Shown: positions 37,017 through 48,600 of the stretch, piece after piece
Position numbering within the stretch: the stretch's first letter is position 1
How the letters are laid out: each line of letters opens with the position of its first letter
Source of the DNA: a virus
Direction: 5' to 3' (one strand)
Length of the DNA stretch: 64,000 bases
IMG/VR virus record: IMGVR_UViG_3300045257_000207
Location: 10,059 to 74,058 of that record
Notes under the pieces: model-generated
What the model saw: only the letters and a program-made list of their open reading frames with translations
Database searches by the model: none
Told to the model about the DNA's origin: nothing
Position numbers and translations under genes: made by a program

Positions 37017-38141
37017 ATGATCAAGTCGTTCAACCGCATCAAAAATGAACCGATGAAAGAGTTCATGTTTTTCGGGAACCAGCCGAACGTATCGCGTTTC
37101 GATATACAGAAATTTGATATCTTCAAGAAGCTGTACGAGAAACAACTTGGTTTCTTCTGGAAACCAGATGAAATTGATCTAAGCAAGGACAGCCGAGACT
37201 TCAAAGGTCTACCGGCCAACGAGCAGCATATCTTCATCAAGAATTTACTTTTCCAAACTCTTCTAGATTCCGTCCAGTCGCGAGGCCCACAGCTAGCTCT
37301 GTTGCCACACGTTTCGCTGCCTGAGTTAGAAAGCATGATCGAACTGTGGTCGATGATCGAATCGCTTCACAGTTTCAGCTATTCATGGATCATCCAGAAC
37401 GTGTTCGCCAATCCGACAGGAATCCTAGACGGTATCATGGAAGACGTGAACATCATGAATCGAGCGGATTCAGTAACACAATACTACGACGATTTCATTG
37501 AATATTCGACGCTGTTCCGTGCGCTTGGAAAAGGCGAACACTCCGTTAACGGAGTTCCGGTTCAGTTGAGTCTTCGCGAGTTAAAGCGAAAAATGCTTCT
37601 TTGTGTGGCATCTATCAACGTGTTGGAAGGAGTACGCTTCTACGTTTCTTTCGCTTGCTCGTTTGCATTCGCAGAACGTTCACTGATGGAAGGCAACGCC
37701 AAGATCATTACTTTGATTGCGAGAGACGAGAACCTTCATCTAGCTATCACTCAGAACATTCTACGAAAGTGGGCGAACGGCGAAGACGATCCTGAGATGC
37801 AAGAATTGTTCACTGAAGAAACGGATACCATTGTAAAGATGTATACTGATTGTGTCGATCAAGAAACCGAATGGGCATCCTATTTGTTCAATGATGGCCC
37901 AATGCTTGGACTGACTGAAGACATCTTGAACGAATATGTCAAGCATATCGCTGGAAAGAGAATGCGAGCCATCGGCCTCAAACATACCTATCCAAGCAAG
38001 AATCCGTTGACATGGACTGAAAAGTATCTCAGTGGGTCAGGCACCCAAGTCGCTCCACAGGAAGTTGAAATCACTTCCTATGTGATCGGTGGCGTCGATA
38101 ATGATGTTCAAAGCGGCAATTTCTCCGACCTTACATTCTAA
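37017..38141 (+). CDS. nrdB: Class Ia ribonucleotide reductase small subunit
   Basis: FFWKPDE, QTLLDSVQ, ESLHSFSY, LEGVRFY, RDENLH, APQEVEITSY. Confidence 0.98.
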   Translation: MIKSFNRIKNEPMKEFMFFGNQPNVSRFDIQKFDIFKKLYEKQLGFFWKPDEIDLSKDSRDFKGLPANEQHIFIKNLLFQTLLDSVQSRGPQLALLPHVSLPELESMIELWSMIESLHSFSYSWIIQNVFANPTGILDGIMEDVNIMNRADSVTQYYDDFIEYSTLFRALGKGEHSVNGVPVQLSLRELKRKMLLCVASINVLEGVRFYVSFACSFAFAERSLMEGNAKIITLIARDENLHLAITQNILRKWANGEDDPEMQELFTEETDTIVKMYTDCVDQETEWASYLFNDGPMLGLTEDILNEYVKHIAGKRMRAIGLKHTYPSKNPLTWTEKYLSGSGTQVAPQEVEITSYVIGGVDNDVQSGNFSDLTF

Positions 38142-38150
38142 GGAACTACA

Positions 38151-38780
38151 ATGCGACACTTACCGAAATACCGTACTGTTCTTGAGACGCGTTCATTTTT
38201 GTCTCAACTTTATGCCGAATCGCACCGCAAATACCATACGATGAATCATATCATGCAATGTATGGCGGCAAATGTTACATTCTTTGAAAACGAAAGGAGC
38301 TTAGGAACGCATTCTAATCGCAACGAGATGCTTGTCGGAGCGATGGTATGGTTTCACGACTCCGTTTACAACCCATACGCCCCCTTCGGCTTTAATGAGC
38401 GTTGGAGTGCAGAACTATACAAAGATTACGCTGAACAATACTATTCTCAGTTACCTGATGAAGATGTTCAAGAGGTCTACGATGGTATCATCGCTAGCAG
38501 TCTACATCATCGCGACCAGCCGAACTTGACCAAAGCGCAACAGGCTTTTCTTGATATTGACTTGGCCGAAATGGCATGCGACTACAGCACTTTCACTATC
38601 AATGGTCAAAACATTCGTGAAGAGTACGCACATGTTCCGTTTGAAACATTCCTTGAAAAACGTATTGAGTTCTTCAAGACGATGTTGAAGCGTAAGTCCT
38701 TGTATTACACAGACTTTTTCAAGGAAAAATGTCAAGAAAAGGCAGTTGCCAACATTACCAAGTATCTGTCTACTCTCTGA
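38151..38780 (+). CDS. HD-superfamily phosphohydrolase
   Basis: RKYHTMNHI, WFHDSVY, NERWSA, FLDIDL, IREEY. Confidence 0.85.
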   Translation: MRHLPKYRTVLETRSFLSQLYAESHRKYHTMNHIMQCMAANVTFFENERSLGTHSNRNEMLVGAMVWFHDSVYNPYAPFGFNERWSAELYKDYAEQYYSQLPDEDVQEVYDGIIASSLHHRDQPNLTKAQQAFLDIDLAEMACDYSTFTINGQNIREEYAHVPFETFLEKRIEFFKTMLKRKSLYYTDFFKEKCQEKAVANITKYLSTL

Positions 38781-39070
38781 TGTCAACGATCAATAACTCA
38801 TTGGTCAAACTTCTTGTTCTTTGCCTCGAAGGTGCCATCATCAGTTACATATGGGATGGATTGCAACCGACCTTCCATTGGCCGGAAATAACGTTCGGAC
38901 AAAGCGTCGGACTGTTGATCATCGCTAGAATCTTATGCCGTCCCCTTCTGAAGACCGAATCAGAGAAGACGCTGGAAAGGATAGAGAACCTGATTTTCTT
39001 CCAAATTCAGATGCAATCCGTAAGCATGTCAACAAAAACAAAAACTGACGAATCTGGAAAGCCAAAATAG
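38780..39070 (+). CDS. Small membrane protein
   Basis: Two hydrophobic segments; TGATG coupling to the HD gene. Confidence 0.6.
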   Translation: MSTINNSLVKLLVLCLEGAIISYIWDGLQPTFHWPEITFGQSVGLLIIARILCRPLLKTESEKTLERIENLIFFQIQMQSVSMSTKTKTDESGKPK

Positions 39071-39115
39071 TTAAAGCGGTAGTAATAAATATCTCCATGT
39101 CCACGGAGATATTTG

Positions 39116-40042
39116 ATGTCAACTCACCAATTCGGCTATAATTTCCACCCTAATGACCGGGTTTGGTCGTATGACTCTGCCAGTTCCTCCTTCAATGAAG
39201 GAACATGCTACCAAGTTTACATAAAAGTCTTTACGAAGGCTGATCTTTCGATTGATTCGAAATTGATCTATCTCATCATGTTTGATGACAACCCAACGCC
39301 TCTTCGTTTAACAGAAGACAAATTGTATATATTGTCCTCTGGCGGGTTAGTACGCCCTCCGCTTGATCCGATTTATCAAGTCAGTTACGATTTCTATCCG
39401 AATGACGTGGTTTGGGTGATCAATCGTACAGAAACATCTGTTAAATATGGAATTGTTTATCAGGCCGATATTGAAATTTTCCTCAAGGCTGACCTGACCT
39501 CTGAAATAAAAACTTCCTATTTGATCAATTTTAGCGATGCATTATTAGGCACACCGCGTCTTAGTAGTTCGGATATTTTTCTAACATCAACAGATGCATG
39601 GGCCGCACTCGGCATCGTAATCGGGCCACCTCCTACTCCGGTTCCTACTGGTACTCCTCTGCCAAGTACAGAGAGCATAACTGTTACAAAAACAAACTCT
39701 GATAATGTCATTCTATATAAAGGAACTCCGGTTTATATCAAAGCTAATGGGACAGTTGGGCGCTCCAATAGTGATGCAACTGCATTGGTTTTCTTGGGAT
39801 TTGTAGCAGATGCGTTAATCCCGATCAACGGTTCCGGACTGATAATGACAGAAGGCACTGTCGATACAACATGGGGGTCAATTATTGATGGCGGGGTATT
39901 ACAAAGTGGATCGATTTATTATTTGTCTCACCTTGGAACGATTTCAGCTACCGCTCCGGACACCGGTTTCTCTAAACAAGTGGGAATCGGCGTTTCATCC
40001 ACTGAACTTAATATCACCTTAATGCCGACTTACGAACTATAA
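39116..40042 (+). CDS. Virion decoration-like protein: tandem duplicated domain, Pro/Thr linker, capsid-cement-like C-domain
   Basis: YNFHPNDRVW / YDFYPNDVVW duplication; PPPTPVPTGTPLPST; G.PVY...G..YYLS..G.I; AATAAATA at 39084-39091. Confidence 0.7.
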   Translation: MSTHQFGYNFHPNDRVWSYDSASSSFNEGTCYQVYIKVFTKADLSIDSKLIYLIMFDDNPTPLRLTEDKLYILSSGGLVRPPLDPIYQVSYDFYPNDVVWVINRTETSVKYGIVYQADIEIFLKADLTSEIKTSYLINFSDALLGTPRLSSSDIFLTSTDAWAALGIVIGPPPTPVPTGTPLPSTESITVTKTNSDNVILYKGTPVYIKANGTVGRSNSDATALVFLGFVADALIPINGSGLIMTEGTVDTTWGSIIDGGVLQSGSIYYLSHLGTISATAPDTGFSKQVGIGVSSTELNITLMPTYEL

Positions 40043-40053
40043 ATGAGTAAATA

Positions 40054-41337
40054 ATGGCAAACGTAAAACCATTTAAACTCGTAAGAGGCCAAGGCGTCCA
40101 ATTTAAGACAGGGGACACAGTCGATCCCGTATTCGGTGGAACTGGATTATCGTCTTATCATATAGGCGATATTCTCGCTGCATCGTCTACTACTGTATTG
40201 GCTCCCATTGTTGCAGTAACCGTAGGTAATGTGTTGCTGTCTAGTGGGGTATCAACCTTACCTGTGTGGGGAAAAGTAGATTTAACCATTCACGTTTCGG
40301 GTACATTACAAGCACCTAATGGCGGAACTGGTATTTCCACGTATACAATCGGCAATTATCTAAATGCTGCCTCATCATCAACACTTCAGCAACGTACACC
40401 GGCCCAAGTTTTATCAGATATTGGTGCTGCCAGCGTTTCTCATAATCATGATGGCAGCAACATAACAACTGGAACAATAGCTCCAGCAAGACTTGGTACT
40501 GGAACTCTATCAGCGTCCACCTTTCTTTCCGGAAATGGCACATGGCAAGCCGTATCGGTTGTTTTAGGCTCCACCACGATAACAGTAGGGGCCGCACCAA
40601 CTCTAGTAATCGCCGGATTGACTTCCGTTACGGCAACTAACTTTATAGGAAATTCCTCCTCATCAACCAACATAGCTGTAACAACAGATAACAGTTCCAA
40701 CGTGACGTTCTATCCATTAATAGCTTCTGCTTCTAATGGAACTTTACCAGTTTTTTCATCTTCAAATGGATTACAGTATAATCCTTCTACCGGTCGTTTG
40801 ACTGCGACAGCAGGCCAGTTCGGAGCAGTTACACTAACTGGCGTTGCTCAAATCACAAATTCCACCGATTCGACCAATTTGTCAACAGGAGCATTACTAG
40901 TTTCCGGTGGAATGGCCGTAACAAAGGCAGTCAATATTGGTGGAAATTTAAGTGTTCAAGGTGATGTGGAACTCGGAAATGCGGTAGGTGGGTTTATCGA
41001 AATCGGTGTTATCGGTGGAATGACTACATTTCTTTCATCCACCGCTTCTATGGCCACCAATCAAGTTCTAGCTACCGTTTCTGGGTTACTTTATCGATCT
41101 GCTGAATTCAGAATTCAAGCCGTTGATATAACTGACCAAATTTACCATACAGCAACGATACTCGTGGTACATAACGGAACTGTTTCAGATTTTGTGGAAT
41201 TTGGAGACATTGCACTCGGAGGTCGCTGTGGAACTTTTTCTGTAGGTTATGCAGCAGATACTTTCACTTTAACGGTAAGCCCATCCTCATCAAACGTGAT
41301 AGCGTATAAAATTGTAGCAATGTTAACGAAAGTATAA
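40054..41337 (+). CDS. Ser/Thr/Gly-rich fibre protein
   Basis: GGTG repeats, TFLSGNGTW, GALLVSGG, C-terminal YRSAEF...EFG domain. Confidence 0.8.
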   Translation: MANVKPFKLVRGQGVQFKTGDTVDPVFGGTGLSSYHIGDILAASSTTVLAPIVAVTVGNVLLSSGVSTLPVWGKVDLTIHVSGTLQAPNGGTGISTYTIGNYLNAASSSTLQQRTPAQVLSDIGAASVSHNHDGSNITTGTIAPARLGTGTLSASTFLSGNGTWQAVSVVLGSTTITVGAAPTLVIAGLTSVTATNFIGNSSSSTNIAVTTDNSSNVTFYPLIASASNGTLPVFSSSNGLQYNPSTGRLTATAGQFGAVTLTGVAQITNSTDSTNLSTGALLVSGGMAVTKAVNIGGNLSVQGDVELGNAVGGFIEIGVIGGMTTFLSSTASMATNQVLATVSGLLYRSAEFRIQAVDITDQIYHTATILVVHNGTVSDFVEFGDIALGGRCGTFSVGYAADTFTLTVSPSSSNVIAYKIVAMLTKV

Positions 41338-41398
41338 AAAACTGCCATCATTCATAAATACATGAGCACGAACCAATGAATGATCAGGGAGCTTCAAA

Positions 41399-44300
41399 AT
41401 GGCTGTAAAAAGTTTTAATGCCCGAACTGGCATATCAGTCGGTACCACCCCATTTGAATTGGTCGATGTTAACGGTGCAATAGTATTACCGGCATCTACA
41501 ACAACCAAAGCCGGATTGAACGTAGCTCCCGGTTCGGCTCCGACTTCTCCTGTAAACGGTGACCTGTGGTCAACGACTACAGGCTTTTTTGGTCGGGTAA
41601 ACGGTGCAACGGTAGGGCCATTCTTAGACTCAACAGGTTCTGTCACTGGTAGTGCAGCTAGCTTGTCAATTGCCGGTCAATCTGGCCTATTGACGGTAAC
41701 CGGTTTACTCAGCACAAACCGAGTTAAAACTGTAAGAGACGCAGCAGATACGATCCTTGAACTAGGTGGTTCATATACCCCAACAGGTACGTGGACGAAC
41801 ATGCCTCTCACAACTCCGGCAATTACCGGATTGGCGACTGGTAGCGGCGTTGCATCAGCGGCAACTGCGTCCACCTTAGCAGCACGTGATGCCAGCGGTA
41901 GTTTAACCGCAGTAAACCACATTGAAGGTTGGACAACTACAGCTACTGCTGCCGGTACAACCACAATGGCAGTGGGCGACAATTATCAACAGTTTTGGAC
42001 TGGTTCGTCTACTCAAACTGTCAAACTCCCAACAACAAGCGTTGTAGCTGGTCAGCAATGGATGATCACCAACAACAGCACTGGTCTGGTCACAGTTCAG
42101 TCGTCTGGTGCGAACACCATCTTGATCCTTGGTGCTGGTACGTCCGCCGTTTTCACTTCTCTTGTAGCGACTCCAACAACAGCAGCTAACTGGAACGCCC
42201 AATATAACGGAACCAACGTTCAAACTGGTAAAGTAGCTACGATCAATGGAACGATCACCCTAACCGGTACTGATGCGCAGACTTATACATTCCCGACAAC
42301 ATCAGCTACTTTAGCAAGAACAGATGCCGCCAATACATTTACTGGCGTGCAGACGATGACTTCGCCAAACTTTACGACTCCGGTTCTTGGTACACCGACT
42401 TCTGGTAACTTAACGAACTGTACGTTCCCAACGCTCAACCAGAACAGCACAGGTAGTGCAGCAAGTTTGTCTATTTCTGGACAATCTGGTCTATTGACAG
42501 TAACAGGTCTTACCAGCACCAACCGAATCAAAACTGTAAGAGACGCGGCAGATACCATCCTTGAATTGGGCGGTTCTTACACGCCAACAGGTACATGGAC
42601 GAACATGCCTCTCACGACTCCGGCAATTACCGGATTGGCGACTGGTAGTGGTGTGGCCTCTGCGGCGACAGCATCAACTCTTGCCGCTCGCGATGCGAAT
42701 GCTAGCTTAACCGCTGTAAACATGATCGAAGGTTGGACAACCACTGCTACAGCAGCAGGTACAACGACAATGGCGGTTGGTGACAACGCCCAGCAATTTT
42801 GGACTGGTTCTTCTACTCAAACTGTCAAACTCCCTACAACAGGTGTAGTTGCTGGGCAGCAATGGGTAATTACTAACAACAGCACTGGTCTGGTCACAGT
42901 TCAGTCGTCTGGTGCGAACACAATCCTGACTTTAGGTTCTTTGACTTCTGCGGTCTTCACTGCCGTTGTAGCAACTCCTACCACTGCGGCTAACTGGAAT
43001 GCCCAATATAATGGCGTGAATGTTCAAACCGGTAAGGTAGCGACAATCAACGGTACAATTACGTTAACTGGTACTGACGCACAAACCTATACATTCCCGA
43101 CTACGTCCGCAACGCTAGCTCGTACTGACGCTGCCAACACCTTTACTGGTGTGCAGACAATGACATCGCCAAACTTTACGACCCCAGTTTTGGGAACGCC
43201 AACGTCAGGTAACTTAACGAACTGTACGTTCCCAACGCTCAACCAGAACAGCACAGGTAGTGCAGCAAGTTTGTCTATTTCTGGACAGAGCGGCTTATTG
43301 ACTGTAACCGGTTTGCTTAGCACCAACCGAATCAAGACCGTAAGAGACGCGGCAGATACCATCCTTGAATTGGGCGGTTCTTACACGCCAACAGGTACAT
43401 GGACTTCCTTGACGATGGTGACGCCAGTTCTTGGTACTCCGACATCTGGTAACTTAACGAACTGTACGTTCCCAACGTTCAACCAAAACACGACTGGTAG
43501 TGCAGCAAGTTTGTCTGTCTCTGGCCAGTCTGGGCTTATTACGCTAACAGGCATCACCAGCACCAACCGAATCAAAACTGTAAGAGACGCAGCAGATACA
43601 TTACTTGAGCTAGGTGGTTCATATACCCCAACCGGTACGTGGACGAATATGCAGTTGACGACTCCAACTGTTACCACCAACATCACGGTTCCACTTGTAC
43701 AAGGTACTAGCGGTACAGGTGGCACTGTCACGATTCGCGGTGGTACAGACACAACAGGCACTGTTGCATTAAATGCTGCGACAGTGAACTCCAGCGTATC
43801 TTCTCTTGTATTGTTTGGCACTCCAACATCTGTAACAGCGTTCGGTGCTGCTACATCACTCGCGATGGGTGCCACAACAGGTACCACGACTGTCAACAAC
43901 AGTTTGGTTATTACCGGTCAATTGATCGTCAAGGGTGGAAGCACGATCACCTTGAACGAAGGTACGTTGAACATTGAAGATAAGATATTGTACTTGGGTG
44001 CAGTAGCTTCAACTTCAGGCTTGGTAGGTACATCCGCGAATGGTTCTGCTGTAGTTACAGCATTGACTTCTACCGCAGGAATCATACAAGGAATGGTTGT
44101 CACTACATCCGCTGGTTCCTTGACTCTTGCGGCTAACACGACAGTTCTAAGTGTTGATAGTTTGACCCAGATCACATTGAGCAATAACTTTGGCGGTTCT
44201 GGTACTACTACAACGTTGACATTTAGCATCAGCGGTTCTTCTTCAAATGGTTCTGCCGTTGTAACAGCAATGACAACCACTGCCGGATTGATTCCGGGTA

Positions 44301-45586
44301 TGGGCGTAACAGTTACATCCGGTTCGTTGACCTTGGCCGGTGGTACAGTTATCAGCAGCGTCGATAGCGCAACACAGATCACATTGAGCAATAACTTTGG
44401 CGGTTCTGGTACACCGACAGCCTTGGCATTTGGTGGCGCTACAGATACGACGGCCAATGGTGGCGGGTTGACAATTCGCGGAACGTCCGATAAGACGATT
44501 CTATGGGATAGCACGAACAGTAACTTCACATCTTCTGAAAATTGGAACTTGGTCACTGGTAAAGTATACAAGATCAACAACGTTTCAGTATTGAGTGCAA
44601 CTACTCTTGGTTCTGCCGTTGTCGCTTCTTCGTTGACAAGTGTTGGCACATTAACATCGTTGACTACTTCTGGACAGATTACATCTACCCTTTCAACTGG
44701 TACGGCTCCATTCGTTGTTTCATCTACCACTTTGGTAGCGAACTTGGCAGCACAGACAGCCGTTACTGCAACGAATATTGCTAGTGGTGCAATAGCACAA
44801 TTAGTTTATCAGACCGGTGCGGGGGCTACTGGATTCATTTCTGCTGGCTCTACTTCACAGGTATTGGTAGGTTCTGCAACGACGCCTACATGGTCGAATA
44901 CTCCAACGTTGACAGGTACTAACTTCACAGGCATTCCACTCGCTACTGCGGTTACCGGTAACCTTTCAGTCAACAATCTTAACTCTGGTACTTCTGCATC
45001 GTCCTCCACATTCTGGCGTGGTGACGGTACATGGGCAACTCCGGGCGGTGGTGGTACTGTTACATCTATTCCTGACGGTTCAACCAACGGCGTAACGTGG
45101 ACAGTTGCAACTCGCACTTCGACACCTACCTTCACTTTCTCTCTTGGTGCAATTACCCCATCTTCAGTGGTCGCCTCCGGTTCGATAACCGCAGGTACAG
45201 GCGGATTGATTGCGGGTTCCGGAACAACAACTTCCGATGTTATGACTTCTGGTGCAATGTATTTGCAGCGTGCTGGCGCTCTAACAACTTCCGCCGTTAC
45301 ATTGGTCAACTTGGATACGTGGGCAGCCGCTACTTATCGCAGTGCCAAGTATGTCATTCAAGTCATTGACACGGTATCCGGTAATATCTATATAAGTGAA
45401 GTCTTGGTAGCCAAGGATAACTCGAATACCGTTTACATTACTGAATACGGTGTTATTCAAAGTGCGTCCAGTTTGGTTACGTTCTCTGCCGACTATGACG
45501 GTTCAACCAACATTCGTCTGCGTATAACCCCAGCTTCCACGAATAGCACTCAATTCAAGTTCCAAGCAGTGATATTTAATATCTAA
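41399..45586 (+). CDS. Long Thr/Ser/Gly-rich fibre protein with internal repeats
   Basis: 268-aa duplication, [16 protein letters not shown] modules, C-terminal YRSAKY...EYG; CATAAATA at 41353-41360. Confidence 0.85.
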   Translation: MAVKSFNARTGISVGTTPFELVDVNGAIVLPASTTTKAGLNVAPGSAPTSPVNGDLWSTTTGFFGRVNGATVGPFLDSTGSVTGSAASLSIAGQSGLLTVTGLLSTNRVKTVRDAADTILELGGSYTPTGTWTNMPLTTPAITGLATGSGVASAATASTLAARDASGSLTAVNHIEGWTTTATAAGTTTMAVGDNYQQFWTGSSTQTVKLPTTSVVAGQQWMITNNSTGLVTVQSSGANTILILGAGTSAVFTSLVATPTTAANWNAQYNGTNVQTGKVATINGTITLTGTDAQTYTFPTTSATLARTDAANTFTGVQTMTSPNFTTPVLGTPTSGNLTNCTFPTLNQNSTGSAASLSISGQSGLLTVTGLTSTNRIKTVRDAADTILELGGSYTPTGTWTNMPLTTPAITGLATGSGVASAATASTLAARDANASLTAVNMIEGWTTTATAAGTTTMAVGDNAQQFWTGSSTQTVKLPTTGVVAGQQWVITNNSTGLVTVQSSGANTILTLGSLTSAVFTAVVATPTTAANWNAQYNGVNVQTGKVATINGTITLTGTDAQTYTFPTTSATLARTDAANTFTGVQTMTSPNFTTPVLGTPTSGNLTNCTFPTLNQNSTGSAASLSISGQSGLLTVTGLLSTNRIKTVRDAADTILELGGSYTPTGTWTSLTMVTPVLGTPTSGNLTNCTFPTFNQNTTGSAASLSVSGQSGLITLTGITSTNRIKTVRDAADTLLELGGSYTPTGTWTNMQLTTPTVTTNITVPLVQGTSGTGGTVTIRGGTDTTGTVALNAATVNSSVSSLVLFGTPTSVTAFGAATSLAMGATTGTTTVNNSLVITGQLIVKGGSTITLNEGTLNIEDKILYLGAVASTSGLVGTSANGSAVVTALTSTAGIIQGMVVTTSAGSLTLAANTTVLSVDSLTQITLSNNFGGSGTTTTLTFSISGSSSNGSAVVTAMTTTAGLIPGMGVTVTSGSLTLAGGTVISSVDSATQITLSNNFGGSGTPTALAFGGATDTTANGGGLTIRGTSDKTILWDSTNSNFTSSENWNLVTGKVYKINNVSVLSATTLGSAVVASSLTSVGTLTSLTTSGQITSTLSTGTAPFVVSSTTLVANLAAQTAVTATNIASGAIAQLVYQTGAGATGFISAGSTSQVLVGSATTPTWSNTPTLTGTNFTGIPLATAVTGNLSVNNLNSGTSASSSTFWRGDGTWATPGGGGTVTSIPDGSTNGVTWTVATRTSTPTFTFSLGAITPSSVVASGSITAGTGGLIAGSGTTTSDVMTSGAMYLQRAGALTTSAVTLVNLDTWAAATYRSAKYVIQVIDTVSGNIYISEVLVAKDNSNTVYITEYGVIQSASSLVTFSADYDGSTNIRLRITPASTNSTQFKFQAVIFNI
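41646..43650 (+). repeat. Intragenic repeats: 804-nt unit x2 plus partial copies (period 240 nt)
   Basis: [32 protein letters not shown] starts near 41646, 42450, 43254 and 43494. Confidence 0.92.
44030..44430 (+). repeat. 69-aa (207-nt) tandem duplication
   Basis: NGSAVVTA...[14 protein letters not shown] x2; identical 38-mer at 44168 and 44375. Confidence 0.88.
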
Positions 45587-45661
45587 TAGAGTTTTGCGCA
45601 TTTATTGGTGGCGCATAAATACTACCATACAAAAATAGTCATTTAATGGAGAGTGAAGTTA

Positions 45662-48600
45662 ATGACAACCGTAAATTCGAACTTCAAGGTTAAGTATAAC
45701 CTTGACGTTCTAGGGACAGGCTTATCTACGATAGCCGGTTCATTAACTATCAGTTCTTTATTAACTACAGCAGCCTCAGCCACAGGTTCTGCTGGTCTAA
45801 ATTTGCCCCATGGTGCAGCACCAACAAGTCCAGTTAATGGAGATTTTTGGTCAACGACTACAGGATTTTTTGGTCGAGTAAACGGTGCAACTATCGGCCC
45901 GCTTTTAGATTCTACAGGTACCATCACAAATGCAACAAATGCAGCAAACGCGGCAACGGCGGACAGTTCTAGCAATTCCGTCATGTTCCCGACGTTTGTA
46001 TCGGCAACAGGTGGCAATGAAGCTCTAAAAACAGCCAGTTCATTATTCACGGTCAACCCCTCAACTGGTCATCTAGGCATCGGCGGCAATGCTGGTGGCA
46101 ACAACAGCCTGTACATCACTGGTACTTCCTTCGGCACTGCTGCCACCGTCTACGGGATGATGAATGACGCTACTATCCCCGTGACTGCTACCTCTGCCTG
46201 CAATGTGTATAGCACGAATACCTCAACGACGGCAGGTACCTACACGACAGCAAATATGCGACACTTCATCGCCCAGTTTGGTACTGTTGGGCAGGGCAAT
46301 ACAATCACCAATATGTATGGGTTCCAATCCCCGGCAACAACGGCTAACAATGCGACGGTGAACTATGGTTTCAATGGTGGCCTTGCAGTCAATACGAACG
46401 TCAACAACGGGCAGGCAGCAGCGACCATAACCAACGTAGCGGTGACTTCTAACGTAGCTACTCTGACAGTATCAGCACCTCATGGTTATACAACAAACAC
46501 TGTAATCACAGTTGCAGCCACTACCCACACTCAATTGAACGGCTCTGGCATTGTTTGCATCGCAGGCACTACGGGTTCAACAATTGTCTATAACTGGACG
46601 ACGGCAAACATCAGTTCTGTTGCAGATACGGGTTCTGTTACCCCGGCTTTTAACTGGAACTTCTATGCAGCAGGTACTGCTCCCAATTACATGCGTGGCA
46701 ACCTGATTATCGGTACCTCCAACACGGATAACGGTACTGACAAACTTCAACTTACTGGGTCTGCCACGTTCACAGATCAAGTCAAGAGTACCCTATCGAC
46801 TGGCACTGCACCTTTCGTAGTAGCCAGCACTACACAGGTAGCAAACCTGAACGTCGCTACCGCTGGTAATATTGCATCTGGTGCTGTTAATCAAATTTTA
46901 TATCAAACTGGCGCAGGAGCCACAGGTTTCATCGCAACTGGAAACAATGGTGTACTTGTCACTGACGGTTCGGGTGTACCTACTATCAGCAGCACTTTAC
47001 CTACCGGGTTGTCTATACCGGGTGCGTTGATGTCTACAAGCAATGCGGTAACTGCTGCGGGTACTACGCAAGGCACTGCTACCGCGCTCACGAGCGACTT
47101 CAACGTAGTGACCACGGTAGGTTCTGGTCAAGGTGTTGTACTGCAAACTTCGGTGGCAGGTAAGACAGTAGTTGTTGTCAACAAAGGTGCAAATGCACTG
47201 CTCGTCTACCCAGCAACAAGCGGATTTATTGATTCTCTACTCGTGAACGTAGCCATCAGTCTACCAGTCAACTGCTGGATAGAATTCAATGCCTCGTCTA
47301 CGACCCATTGGCAATCTACTGCAAATGCTCTAATCAATGCCAGTGGAGTATCAGGTGTTCTTTCAACCGCCAACTTAGGCACTGGCACGCAGACCAGTGT
47401 TACTTTCCTACGTGGTGATGGAACTTGGTCATCGACGCTCACGGGTAACAGTTTTACTCAGGACAACACTGGCGCAGCCGCACAGTTGTCCCACATTTTC
47501 AATACGGACACGGGCCAGATTGCTCAGTTTTCGTGGAAAACAGGCAACTCTGCTCGCTGGACAATGGGTAAGAATGGAACAGCAGAAGGCGGGTCTAACG
47601 CGGGATCAGACTTTTTCCTTACTCCATTCGACGATAGTGGTTCATCGTTGGGCAATGCGTTCAAAGTCACTCGTTCTACCGGCCTAGTGTCAATAACTAA
47701 TCAGGCCACTGTGGGTATAAACACCCTGACGGCGACTAGCGGCCCAATCGCCACTCTCAGTACGCTGGTCGCAGGTACCAGCTACACTAATGGCAGCTAC
47801 ACCAACGTCGCCCTGACTGGTGGTTCAGGTAGCAAGGCCCTTGCCAACATCACCGTCTCAGGCACAGTGGTCACGGTCTGCACCTTGGTAAGAGGCGGCT
47901 CGCGTTACTCCGTGGGTGACGTTCTCAGTGCGGCAAACACAGACATTGGTGGTACTGGTTCAGGTTTCACTATCACGGTAGCAACGACCACTCCTGCAAC
48001 CCTATATGTGACAGACGCAAGTACCGCCACGATTCGCCTTGAATCACAGGTAACCGCAGCGACCGCCAACCAACAGATGGGTGCAATCTACTTCGCCACC
48101 CGTGACGTTAACGCTGGTGCTACGGGCGACATTGCTTACATTGAGGGTGTAACTGTAGGTACGACGGGTGGTGGTGCGCTTAGGTTCTATACGGCACCCG
48201 CTGCGTCTGCTACTGCCCTTGCGTTGACTGTCAACTCGGACAAGAGCCTAACCTTCGGTGGTACATTGGGTGCTGCTACATTTACTGGCCTCGTAACGAC
48301 AGTAGCCTCTGCAACGGGCACTGCTGGTTTCAATCTTCCTCATGGTGCAGCACCAACAAGTCCAGTCAATGGTGATATGTGGACTACCTCTGCAGGTGGT
48401 CTATTCACTAGGATCAATGGCGCGACGAAAACATCGGCATTCCTAGAGGGTGCTACATTCACTGGACTCTTGACGACAGTAGCCTCTGCAACAGGCACAG
48501 CTGGATTCAACGTACCTCATGGCTCTGCCCCAACCTCACCTGTCAACGGAGACGTTTGGACTACGACTGCAGGCATGTTCGCGCGGATCAATGGCGGTAC

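Noticed and set aside
41646-44430. CRISPR array or DGR template/variable repeats
   Set aside because: Repeats are in-frame coding duplications without spacers; differences are synonymous rather than adenine-specific; no reverse transcriptase or cas gene in the window.
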